Shown: positions 17,784-26,169 of the stretch, piece by piece
Position numbering within the stretch: position 1 is the stretch's first letter
Layout of the letters: every line of letters begins with the position of its first letter
NCBI GenBank assembly: GCA_003171065.1
Contig: PMXQ01000112.1
Coordinates: 1,076 to 65,075 of the forward strand
Origin: Chloroflexota bacterium
GTDB lineage: Bacteria > Chloroflexota > Limnocylindria > Limnocylindrales > CSP1-4
Reading direction: 5' to 3'
DNA length: 64,000 nucleotides
Translations under genes and position numbers: made by a program
The notes under the pieces: model-generated
Told to the model about the DNA's origin: nothing
What the model saw: the letters and a program-made list of their open reading frames with translations, nothing else
Databases searched by the model: none

Positions 17784-17850
17784 CGGCGCCGCGGGCTGAC
17801 GGCGCCGCGGGCTGACGGCGCCGCGGGCTGACGGGGCCGCGGACGGCGCG
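17773..17850. repeat. 16-bp tandem repeat CCGCGGGCTGACGGCG, about 4.5 copies
   Basis: Units at 17773, 17789, 17805 and 17821, plus a partial copy. The first unit contains the stop codon of the cNMP-binding gene, and each full unit carries TGA. Confidence 0.85.
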
Positions 17851-17867
17851 CTGGTCTTCGGCGCCCC

Positions 17868-18563
17868 CTAGCGGCGCGAGGCGCGGAGCAGGGCGTCGAG
17901 GTCCGGGATCACGATCATCTCGCGGTCCATGCGCAGCAATCCGTCGGCCACGAACTCGCCCAGCAGCTTGTTCACGCTCTGGCGCGTGGCCCCGATCATC
18001 GCCGCCAGGTCGCTCTGCGTCAGCGGAGCGTCCAGTCGTATCGAGCCGTCGGCGTCGCGCAAGCCGTGCTCCTCCGCCAGCCGTGCCAGCCGCGCCGCCA
18101 ATCGGCCGGTCAGGTCGAGGAAGTGGAGCTCGGCCACGTGGGCGGTCAGACGGCGCAGCTCGGCGGCGATCGAGCTAAGCAGCGCGTCGCGAATCGCCGG
18201 CTCCGACGCCACCAGGGCGCTGAAGCGGACGCGTGGGAGGGCGAGAGTCTCGGTCGCCTCGAGCGCTATCGCGCTGGCGGAGCGGGGCGCCCCGTCCAGG
18301 AGCGCCAGCTCGCCCAGGAAGTCGCCGCGCCGGATCGTCGCCAGGATCGCCTCATCGCCTTCATCCGAGGGCACGACTACCTTGACCGCGCCGGACGCCA
18401 CGATGAACAGCGAGTCGCCGGGGTCGCCCTCGTGGAACAACACCTCGCCCTTCCTGAAGCGCCGCCTCCGCAGGCTCTGGGCGATCGCCAGGCGCGACTC
18501 CGTTCCCAACCCGCTGAACAACGGGCAACGGCCCAGCGCCTCGACGGCGAAATCGTTCGTCAT
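17868..18563 (-). CDS. Crp/Fnr-family transcriptional regulator
   Basis: cNMP-binding domain (LFSGL...GDSLFIVASGAVKV...GDFLGELALL) plus C-terminal HTH (LTQSDLAAMIGATRQSVNKLLGEF). The likely start is M32 at 18563. Confidence 0.85.
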   Translation of the reverse strand: MTNDFAVEALGRCPLFSGLGTESRLAIAQSLRRRRFRKGEVLFHEGDPGDSLFIVASGAVKVVVPSDEGDEAILATIRRGDFLGELALLDGAPRSASAIALEATETLALPRVRFSALVASEPAIRDALLSSIAAELRRLTAHVAELHFLDLTGRLAARLARLAEEHGLRDADGSIRLDAPLTQSDLAAMIGATRQSVNKLLGEFVADGLLRMDREMIVIPDLDALLRASRR

Positions 18564-18650
18564 AGCCAAATGGTAGCGTCGGGAAAGCGCCGGGGCGGCA
18601 TGTTTCGAGGCACGACCACGCCGGAGGCGAGCGCCGCTTACGATTGACCG

Positions 18651-19856
18651 ATGCAACGCCTCTCCGCGGAACGGGTGATCGGCGTCGGGCTCGCCTTGAG
18701 CGCAATCGCGCTCGTGGCGGTGCTGGCGCTCGGTTTCGGCTCGGACCTGCTGACCGGCGTCCCCACCTCCACCCCATCGGCGGGACCGGTCACGCAGGCC
18801 TCAGCGACCGCCGCGCAGGCCGCCTCTCCGGCTCCCACCGCAACGCCGAGCGATTCGCCGACAGCCTTGACGACCCCGGCTCCCACTCCCACGCCAACCG
18901 CCGCGTCCTCTGCCTCGCTCCAACTACCGGCGATGCTGGCAACTATCGGAGATTCCTACACCCAGGCGTGGAGCGTTTCGCCGGCCTACAAGAAGGATCA
19001 CCCGGGTTACTCATGGGCAGTGGGCAACGTCAAGGGCGATCACGTCTTCAGCCTGCGAGAGCGGTTCGAGGCCCTCGGCGACAACGTTGCGGTCGTTGAC
19101 GCGGCGACGTCGGGCAAGAAGATGAGCGACGCCGCGCGCCAGGCCACGGAGATCGTGGCGGCGGCCGGGTCGCTGGCGCCGGGCGCGACCGTCTTCGTCA
19201 CCTTCGAGCTCGGCACGAACGATCTGTGCGACACCCCGACGACCGATCCGGCGACGTTCGAGACGCAGCTTCGCGCCGCGGTCGACATCCTCCGCTCCGG
19301 ACTGCCGAGCGGGAGCGAGATCCTGATGCTCTCAGTTCCCGACTTCTCACATTTCTACGCCATAACACAGGCGAACGCGGAGGCCAAGGCGACCCTGAGC
19401 GAGGCGGCCCACGCGCAGACCTGCGCGCCGTTCCTCGGTTGGGACAGCCCGCTCACAATCGGCGCGGCCCGCCAGTTGCTGGCCACCTACGACGCGACCC
19501 TTGGCCAGGTCTGCGGCGAGATCGAGGCGACCGACGGCCAGGCCGGCAAGCTCCACTGCCTCAGCAACGAAGCACTCCTGTCCGAGAAGGACTTCACGAT
19601 CAAGGACCTCAGCACGGTCGACTACTTCCATCCATCGCTCTCGGGACAGGCCAAGATGGCGGCGTCGGCCTGGGCGGCCGGCTATTGGGCCAACGTCCAG
19701 CTGCCTCCGGGGGCGGCCGCGCTCGCGCTCGGTGATGCGGGTGGGCCCGGCGGCGGATACTTCGGCGGAGTCGCCCCGGCGGGAATCGCCCCGATCGTGC
19801 CGTTCCTGCTGGGAGGTCGGCGGCGCCGACGGCTAGCTCGCCGCCCTACGCGCTGA
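18651..19856 (+). CDS. Secreted SGNH/GDSL-family hydrolase with a C-terminal Gly-rich/TM/Arg-tail anchor
   Basis: Block I IGDSYT, block III ELGTNDLC, block V DYFHPS. The N-terminal TM is followed by a Pro/Thr/Ala linker. The C-terminus is GIAPIVPFLLGGRRRRRLARR. Confidence 0.75.
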   Translation: MQRLSAERVIGVGLALSAIALVAVLALGFGSDLLTGVPTSTPSAGPVTQASATAAQAASPAPTATPSDSPTALTTPAPTPTPTAASSASLQLPAMLATIGDSYTQAWSVSPAYKKDHPGYSWAVGNVKGDHVFSLRERFEALGDNVAVVDAATSGKKMSDAARQATEIVAAAGSLAPGATVFVTFELGTNDLCDTPTTDPATFETQLRAAVDILRSGLPSGSEILMLSVPDFSHFYAITQANAEAKATLSEAAHAQTCAPFLGWDSPLTIGAARQLLATYDATLGQVCGEIEATDGQAGKLHCLSNEALLSEKDFTIKDLSTVDYFHPSLSGQAKMAASAWAAGYWANVQLPPGAAALALGDAGGPGGGYFGGVAPAGIAPIVPFLLGGRRRRRLARRPTR

Positions 19857-19867
19857 CGGCCGCTGAG

Positions 19868-21952
19868 TCACGAGACCGGGCTTGCCACCGTCCTGCCGTC
19901 TCGCAACGCCGCGGCGGCCTGCCTGAACGCCTCCGCCTCGACAAGGGCGCCCATCGCCTCGGCCTCTGTCGCCGCCCGCTCCAGTAGCGGCAGCGCACGC
20001 GCCACGTCGCCGGCCGCAATCCGATGCCGCGCCAGCTCGGCGGCATCCGCGGCCGGTTCAACCGCCTCGAGCCGGTCAGCCAGGACAGTGTGCAGATGCT
20101 GCCTCCGGTCCGAAAGCAGGCGGCCATACGCGGCGTCGTGGAACAGCTGGTGCCGGAAACGCCAGGATCCCGTGGTCTTGAACTTTCCATCGGGTTGCCC
20201 CGACTCGCTCTCGCAACGCACGAGTATCCCGGCGTCTGCGAGCTGGCACAAGTCGTCGCCCATGTCCGACCTGCCCTCGAGCTCGCACAACAGCCACTCC
20301 GGGAACGTGACGCCAATGACCGCCCCGACCTCCAGAGCCGACCGCTGGCCCGGCGGCAGAGCGTCGATCCGGGCCCCCAGCAGCGCCCGCAAGCTCAGCG
20401 GCACGCTGCGCCGGGCGCCCTCGCGGTCGATCCGCAGCGCTTCGCCGATGTGCTCCATACGCCCGCTGGCCCGAAGCATGCGAATGACCTCACCGATGAA
20501 CAGGGCGTTGCCGGCGGTGCGCTGGAAGAGCCAGTGAGCCGAATCCGGCTCCAGCTCGGCGCCGCCCACCGCCGTTCCCAGCTCTTCCGTTGCCGCCTCG
20601 TCCAGGCCGTTGAGCTCGATGACCTCGACGTGGGGCAGGTTCGTCCATTCGGGCGTGAGCGGCGGCCGAACACCCGTGAAGACGACGATCGGCAGCTCCT
20701 CGGCCAGGTGGATCATCTCCGCCAGCATCAGCCGGCTGGACGGGTCCATCCAGTGGTAGTCGTCCAGCACGAAGCAGCGCGGCTGCGTCGCCACGAGCCC
20801 CGAGAGGAACCACTTCGACACGAGCTTGAGGCCGGTGGCCAGCTCGACTGGATCCGAGAGCCCGGTGAACCGCTGGTCCCAGCCCTCTTCCGGCAGCAGC
20901 AGCATCTCCGAATCGCGGGCTATCACCGCCGCCGCGCCGAACAGAAGGCGCGCCGTCTCCTCGTCCATCTGCGAGCCGACGGCCTGGCGGGCGAGTATCC
21001 CGGCCTTGACCCCGAACTCGTCGGCCAGGGCATCGATCATGGCCCGGACGGTGTGGTACGGGGCGCCCATGCGGTGAGGTGGATTGTCGATCCAGACCCA
21101 ACCGAATCCGGCCGCCCTCGCCTCGGACTCCATCTCCGAAAGGAGCCGCGACTTGCCGATCCCGGCCTCGCCGGACACCACGACCGCACCTCCCCGGCCG
21201 GTCCGGGCGGTTCGGCGGATCACCTCGGCCAGCCGGCGCCGTTCCGCGTCCCGACCGACAAGCCGAACGGCCCGGCCGAAGTTCCCCGCGCGGCGTCGCT
21301 CGTCACGCAGGCGATGGATCAGGATCGGCCGGCTCTGGCCGCGCAAAAGGCGCTTGCCGACGCGCTCCACGCCGATCCTGGGTTCCGCGGCCTGGACTGT
21401 GGCCTCGTCGAGCAGCACCTCCGCGGGCTCGGCGAGCTGCTGCAGGCGGGCCGCGGTCGTCATACAGTCGCCGGTCAGAGCCACCGAACGGATCCCCGCC
21501 AGATCGCGCACCGCCGCCACGACCTCGCCCGTGGCGATGCCTACTCGGAGCCGCAGCGGCCTGTCGCTCCCCTCGCCGAGCCGTGCCAGCGCCGCCTGCA
21601 TCTCCAGGGCGCACAGGCAGGCCCGCAGAGCGTCGTCGTCATGAGCCGTTGGGGCGCCGAAGACGGCCAGCACTGCATCTCCGACGAACTTCTCGAGCGA
21701 GCCGTCGAAGCGGACGACGGCATCGCCCAGGACCGTCAGGGCGCCATCGACGCGGGATCGGACCTCCTCGGGATCGAGCTCGTCGACGAGCTGCGTATAC
21801 CCCACCAGGTCCGCGAAAAGGGCAGTCACCACGCGTCGATCGCCGGCCTTCAAGCCGGTCGAGGCGGATTCCAGCTTCCTGCCGCACTGATGGCAGAAGC
21901 GTGCTGCGGGCGCCTTTGGCGCCGCGCAATCGGGACAGAGCATGGGGCACAA
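19868..21952 (-). CDS. Class III adenylate/guanylate cyclase fused to an AAA ATPase and a helical (TPR-like) C-terminal region
   Basis: N-terminal zinc ribbon CPDCAAP..CHQCG, cyclase core VVTALFADLVGYTQL...KFVGDAVLAVFGAP, and P-loop GEAGIGKSRL. Confidence 0.85.
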   Translation of the reverse strand: MCPMLCPDCAAPKAPAARFCHQCGRKLESASTGLKAGDRRVVTALFADLVGYTQLVDELDPEEVRSRVDGALTVLGDAVVRFDGSLEKFVGDAVLAVFGAPTAHDDDALRACLCALEMQAALARLGEGSDRPLRLRVGIATGEVVAAVRDLAGIRSVALTGDCMTTAARLQQLAEPAEVLLDEATVQAAEPRIGVERVGKRLLRGQSRPILIHRLRDERRRAGNFGRAVRLVGRDAERRRLAEVIRRTARTGRGGAVVVSGEAGIGKSRLLSEMESEARAAGFGWVWIDNPPHRMGAPYHTVRAMIDALADEFGVKAGILARQAVGSQMDEETARLLFGAAAVIARDSEMLLLPEEGWDQRFTGLSDPVELATGLKLVSKWFLSGLVATQPRCFVLDDYHWMDPSSRLMLAEMIHLAEELPIVVFTGVRPPLTPEWTNLPHVEVIELNGLDEAATEELGTAVGGAELEPDSAHWLFQRTAGNALFIGEVIRMLRASGRMEHIGEALRIDREGARRSVPLSLRALLGARIDALPPGQRSALEVGAVIGVTFPEWLLCELEGRSDMGDDLCQLADAGILVRCESESGQPDGKFKTTGSWRFRHQLFHDAAYGRLLSDRRQHLHTVLADRLEAVEPAADAAELARHRIAAGDVARALPLLERAATEAEAMGALVEAEAFRQAAAALRDGRTVASPVS

Positions 21953-22124
21953 ACCACAAACTGGACGGGTTCCCGGATGGTACCCCGCCGGACCCTTGAC
22001 TGAAAGGTCAGATCGCGGTTGACCGAACGGTCACACGCACCGCTCCAGACTCGGCGACGCGCCCGATTCCAGCCGCATCAGTCCCCGTCCGCGTCGGCTA
22101 TTGCGTCCGCGGTTGCGTCCGCGA

Positions 22125-23195
22125 TCAGGAAACCGTGAGGACCGGCTGCTCGCTCGCGGCCTGGACGCTCACCTTGCCCGCGATCGCCCTGGCGATGTGG
22201 GTGAGGGCCTTCGACGCGGGTCCCGCCTCTCGCTGCGCGACGGCCGGAATACCCACGTCGGCGCCCTGGCGAACGGTGATGTCGAGCGGGATCCGGCCAA
22301 GGAAGTCGATCCCGTTCTCGGCCGCGAAGCGCTCGCCGCCGCCCCGGCCGAAGATGTCGGTCGTCTCGCCGCAATGGGCGCAGACGAAGCCCGACATGTT
22401 CTCCACGATGCCCAGGACCGGGACGCTGACCCGGCGGAACATCGCCAGGGCCTTGGTCACGTCCGAAAGCGAGACCTGCTGGGGCGTGGTGACGAGCACC
22501 GCTCCGGTGATGGGCACGGTTTGGGCCAGGGTCAGCTGCGCGTCCGAGGTACCGGGCGGCAGGTCCACGACCAGATAGTCCAGGTCGCCCCATTCCACGT
22601 CGCGCAGGAACTGCTGGATCGCGCCCCCGACCAGCGGGCCGCGCCACACGACCGGCTGGCCCTCGGGCAGGAAGAACTGGATCGAGATCACCTTCACGCC
22701 GTGGGCCTCGATCGGGGTTATCTTCCCGGTCGGGCTGGCGGCCGGCTGGCCCTCGGCCCCAATCATCATCGGGATGTTGGGGCCGGTGATGTCGGCGTCG
22801 AGCAGGCCCACCGACGCTCCGGCCTGCGCCAGAGCCACGGCCAGGTTCACGCTCACGGTGCTTTTGCCCACGCCGCCCTTACCCGAAGCCACGGCCACGA
22901 TGTTCTTGACGCCGGGCAGAAGCTGCGGCGTCGTCGGCGAGGCTCGCCGGACCGTCGCGCTCCAGGCGACCTCGATCTGCTCGGCCCCGATCGCCCGTAG
23001 GGCCTTCTCCACCCGGGCCTGGATCTCGTCCTTGAGCGGACAGGCGGGCGTCGTCAGCTCGATCGTAAAGGCGACCTTCGTCCCTTCGATCGTGAGGTCC
23101 CTGATCATGTTTCGCGAAACGAGGTCCCCGCCGAGCTCGGGCTCCTGGACGGTGGCCAGTGCCTTGAGAACGGCTTCTTCGGTCAGTGTGGGCAT
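22125..23195 (-). CDS. apbC: Mrp/ApbC/NBP35-family Fe-S cluster carrier ATPase with an N-terminal DUF59-like domain
   Basis: VASGKGGVGKSTVSVNLA deviant Walker A, a CxxC (CAHCG) and DYLVVDLPPGT. The start is taken at M18. Confidence 0.9.
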   Translation of the reverse strand: MPTLTEEAVLKALATVQEPELGGDLVSRNMIRDLTIEGTKVAFTIELTTPACPLKDEIQARVEKALRAIGAEQIEVAWSATVRRASPTTPQLLPGVKNIVAVASGKGGVGKSTVSVNLAVALAQAGASVGLLDADITGPNIPMMIGAEGQPAASPTGKITPIEAHGVKVISIQFFLPEGQPVVWRGPLVGGAIQQFLRDVEWGDLDYLVVDLPPGTSDAQLTLAQTVPITGAVLVTTPQQVSLSDVTKALAMFRRVSVPVLGIVENMSGFVCAHCGETTDIFGRGGGERFAAENGIDFLGRIPLDITVRQGADVGIPAVAQREAGPASKALTHIARAIAGKVSVQAASEQPVLTVS

Positions 23196-23287
23196 CGGGT
23201 CGGCTTCCTCGGATTCCGCGAATTGTGGGGCGCGGATGGCGCGCACCTCGTCTCCGGATATCCTACGGCTTTGGTAGGGAATACGCC

Positions 23288-23395
23288 TGTCGGGGGCGGC
23301 GCGGCTGTTTGGCGCGGCGCGGCTGTCGGGGGCGGCGCGGCTGTTTGGCGCGGCGCGGCTGTCGGGGGCGGCGCTGCTGTTTGGCGCGGCGCGGC
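23288..23395. repeat. 36-bp tandem repeat x3 (each unit is two 18-bp half-units)
   Basis: TGTCGGGGGCGGCGCGGCTGTTTGGCGCGGCGCGGC at 23288, 23324 and 23360, with one substitution. It is intergenic, between the apbC start and the VOC gene stop. Confidence 0.85.
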
Positions 23396-23432
23396 TACTG
23401 CCCCTGGCGCCTGCCGCCGTTGCCTGCCGCCA

Positions 23433-23888
23433 CTACTGGACGCAGAACTCGTTGTCCTCCGGGTCGTTCATCCGGACCCAGAACTCGCCTTCCTTCTCCA
23501 TGGCGCCGCGACGGTCGGTCGCGCCAAGCGCCTTCAGGCGCTCCACTTCGGCGAGCACTCGGGCCCTGCGTTCGTCGAGCGTCGCCTCGCGACCGCCGCC
23601 GACGTTGAGGTCGGGATGCATCCGGTTCTTGGCGACTTTGCCTTCCGGGACCTTCTGGAAGTAGAGCCGCGGCTGGGTGCCGTCGGGATCCTCGGCGGCT
23701 GCAGCGTCGTTCCAGGACTCCTCCGGGATGCCGCGCGCCTTCGCCCATTCCTCCCAGGACGCGGAGCCGTCGGGCGGCAGGGGCATCTGGTAGTGAAGAG
23801 CCTCGGCCCAGAACTCGGCCTGCTTCTTCGGATCGGCACAATCGAATACGACCTGGATCCTGGTAACCATGCCCACTCCTCCTTTCAC
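23433..23888 (-). CDS. VOC / glyoxalase-like family protein
   Basis: IQVVFDCADPKKQAEFWAEALHY ... KNRMHPDLNV ... DPEDNEFCV is typical of the actinobacterial glyoxalase-like domain. Confidence 0.7.
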   Translation of the reverse strand: MKGGVGMVTRIQVVFDCADPKKQAEFWAEALHYQMPLPPDGSASWEEWAKARGIPEESWNDAAAAEDPDGTQPRLYFQKVPEGKVAKNRMHPDLNVGGGREATLDERRARVLAEVERLKALGATDRRGAMEKEGEFWVRMNDPEDNEFCVQ

Positions 23889-23925
23889 TTGCTCTCAATT
23901 CGGCAGACGGTGGCGACAGGATCGG

Positions 23926-24396
23926 TCAGGATCTTTCGGATGACTGCAGGACGGGTGGCTCGGTCTCGCGCCGTCGGGCGGCCTCTTCGAACCGATTCGC
24001 CCGATACGGATCCCGGCCGCGGAGCAGAGCCATGCCGGACGAGGCCACATAGGCCGGCAGGAACAGCGGCCCGAGCCGCTCCCACTGGCGGACGTGCTCC
24101 ATCTCGTGGGCGATGGTCCGATCGGACAGCCGCTCGCGGGCGAAGACGTAGCGGCCGAGCGTTTGGGCGTGGACGGGGATCCACTGATGGTCGAGATAGT
24201 GGGCGGCCGACGGATGCTCGATCACGACCGCCGAGATCCCACCAAGGTGCACCTCCCGACCGGCGGGCGGAATGCCGCAGCCACGCATCACCAGGAGCGC
24301 CATCAGGTCCCCGGGCAGGGCCCGCCAGGCCACGCGCGCCCCCCGGACCAAGCCGAGCCAGGCGTCAATGATCCTGGCGGACCAGAAGAAGGTCAC
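23926..24396 (-). CDS. Small HExxH-motif protein (putative metallopeptidase-like), hypothetical
   Basis: TIAHEMEHVRQWE. The GTG at 24396 lies 4 nt after the amidohydrolase stop, suggesting coupled translation. Confidence 0.5.
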   Translation of the reverse strand: MTFFWSARIIDAWLGLVRGARVAWRALPGDLMALLVMRGCGIPPAGREVHLGGISAVVIEHPSAAHYLDHQWIPVHAQTLGRYVFARERLSDRTIAHEMEHVRQWERLGPLFLPAYVASSGMALLRGRDPYRANRFEEAARRRETEPPVLQSSERS

Positions 24397-24400
24397 GCCA

Positions 24401-25654
24401 TCACGCCCCGCGGCGATCCGCCACGACCCGGCCGCCCTGCATGACAAAGACGATCCGGGCCGGATCGCGCCAAAGCTCCGGTTCGGCCAGCGGGTCGCCC
24501 GAGACCGCGATCAGATCGGCCTGCTTGCCCGCCTGCAGCGTACCGACCTGGTCGGCCAGACCGAGAAGCCGCGCGGCCTCGGTCGTGGCCGCCTGGATCG
24601 CCCGGAACGGCCCGAGGCCATATTGCGACATGTAGGCCAGCTCGGCCGGCGGGTACATGCCCGCGAAGCTGTCCGTGCCCATGACGACCCGCACGCCCCT
24701 CTCGACGGCGTGGCGGAAGTTGCGCTGCTGGCGCTCAAAGAGGTAGCCCATCTTCTGTACAGCCCAGGGCGGCACCTCGCCCCGGGCGATGCGGCCCTCG
24801 TCCATGAGCGAGAAGTTGATGTTGAAGGTGGGGATCAGTGGCACGTCGCGCTCGAGCATGAGATCGATCCCCTCGTCGTCGATCAGGTCGCCGTGCTCGA
24901 TGCTGGAAATGCCGGCGCGCAGGGCGTTCTTGATGCCGGCCGTCCCTTCGGCGTGCGCGAAGGTGCCGTGGATTCCAGCCGCGCGCGCCTCCTCGACGAT
25001 GACCTGGATTTCGTCGACCGTGAACTGCGACGCGTCCGGTGTGTCGGCGGCGGAGAGGACGCCGCCAGTGGCCATGACCTTGATCCAATCGGCGCCGGCC
25101 CGGATCTGGAGCCGAGCGGCACGCCGGACGGCGTCGACTCCGTCGGCCACTCCGGGCGGGAGGTCGCTCATCTCGGTCGTGAGGATCGTCCCGGACGGAG
25201 TCCACTCGTCGCCGTGGCCGCCGGTCTGGGAGAGCGGCCGGCAGCTGACCTGCGTTCGAGGGCCTGGGAACGCGCCCGACGCGAACGCGCGCTTGATCCC
25301 GGCCGGTGCATAGCCGGCGTCGCGGACGGTGGTCACGCCCGCTTCGAGGAACTGGCCGCCCGTCTCGAGCGACCGCACGACTATGTCCGTCGCGGAACGC
25401 TGCACCTGGTCGTGGACCGGCTCGAGCTTCAGCGCCAGGTGAACGTGGCAGTCGATGATGCCGGGCAGCAACGTGAGACCGGTCAGGTCGATCCGCTCGG
25501 CATCCTTGGGCACCGAGGTGGCGACGACGGGTCCGGCGGCAACGATCCTGCCCTGGTCGTCCGTCAAGAGAACCCCGTCTGCGATCGCGTCCGGCGAGCG
25601 ACCGTCGAGCAGGCGCGCGCCGAGGAGGACAACGGGGCGGATCGGCGCGGGCAT
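24401..25654 (-). CDS. Amidohydrolase-family metal-dependent hydrolase
   Basis: PGIIDCHVHLAL (HxH), GIHGTFAHAEG, SIEHGDLID, and MGTDS near the C-terminus. Confidence 0.85.
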   Translation of the reverse strand: MPAPIRPVVLLGARLLDGRSPDAIADGVLLTDDQGRIVAAGPVVATSVPKDAERIDLTGLTLLPGIIDCHVHLALKLEPVHDQVQRSATDIVVRSLETGGQFLEAGVTTVRDAGYAPAGIKRAFASGAFPGPRTQVSCRPLSQTGGHGDEWTPSGTILTTEMSDLPPGVADGVDAVRRAARLQIRAGADWIKVMATGGVLSAADTPDASQFTVDEIQVIVEEARAAGIHGTFAHAEGTAGIKNALRAGISSIEHGDLIDDEGIDLMLERDVPLIPTFNINFSLMDEGRIARGEVPPWAVQKMGYLFERQQRNFRHAVERGVRVVMGTDSFAGMYPPAELAYMSQYGLGPFRAIQAATTEAARLLGLADQVGTLQAGKQADLIAVSGDPLAEPELWRDPARIVFVMQGGRVVADRRGA

Positions 25655-25720
25655 GGGCGAACCTCCGGGGCAGCGGGTGGGCGTTATAGATCGTACTCAG
25701 CCCGGACCGACGGCGGTTAC

Positions 25721-25990
25721 CTACCCGCCGAGCGTCTTGGCTCCCTTGACCCGGGCATCCGGTGGCACCGTCGTGCTGGGCTGCGGCAGCAGTCCGAACC
25801 GGATCGCGTGGCGCGGCCACTCAGGGTCGCCCATCGCCCACTTGTGGACGACCTCGCCCTGGCCGTCGAGCTGGCTGATCGAGCCGTCGCTATGAAGGAC
25901 GAGCTTGCCGCCCTCAGCAAGCTCGACCTCACGCCTCTTGAACCGGCGGCCTGGTGCGACGGCCCGCGCGCGCTTGGTTTCTGGCGCCAC
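25721..25990 (-). CDS. Hypothetical small protein
   Basis: 89-aa ORF with a GTG start directly abutting the stop of a 26-codon Lys/Pro-rich mini-ORF (25991..26071). Confidence 0.45.
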   Translation of the reverse strand: MAPETKRARAVAPGRRFKRREVELAEGGKLVLHSDGSISQLDGQGEVVHKWAMGDPEWPRHAIRFGLLPQPSTTVPPDARVKGAKTLGG

Positions 25991-26169
25991 CTACACGCCC
26001 TTGGTGGGCGGCTGCGGAGCTGGCTTCGGCTTCTTGGTCTTCGGTGGTCGCTTCGGCGTCTTGTCGCCCATGATTTGCCTCGCTATTCCGTAGGTCGTCC
26101 TTGTGGGGCTGAAGCCCGCTAGCATCGTAGCCCACACGAGCGCCGTTAGCACCCGGACTCGAACACGGT

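Noticed and set aside
17773-17850. Possible CRISPR array (also considered for 23288..23395 and 52892..52972)
   Set aside because: The repeats are directly tandem or separated by only 7 bp. There are no unique spacers of 25-40 bp and no cas genes in the window.
20024-22003. 659-aa plus-strand ORF opposite the cyclase-AAA gene. The same situation occurs at 24272..26122, 52950..54323, 56010..57734, 58032..59939 and 62620..63783.
   Set aside because: All are antisense to genes with strong family motifs, have low-complexity Arg/Asp/Gly/Pro composition and lack recognisable domains.
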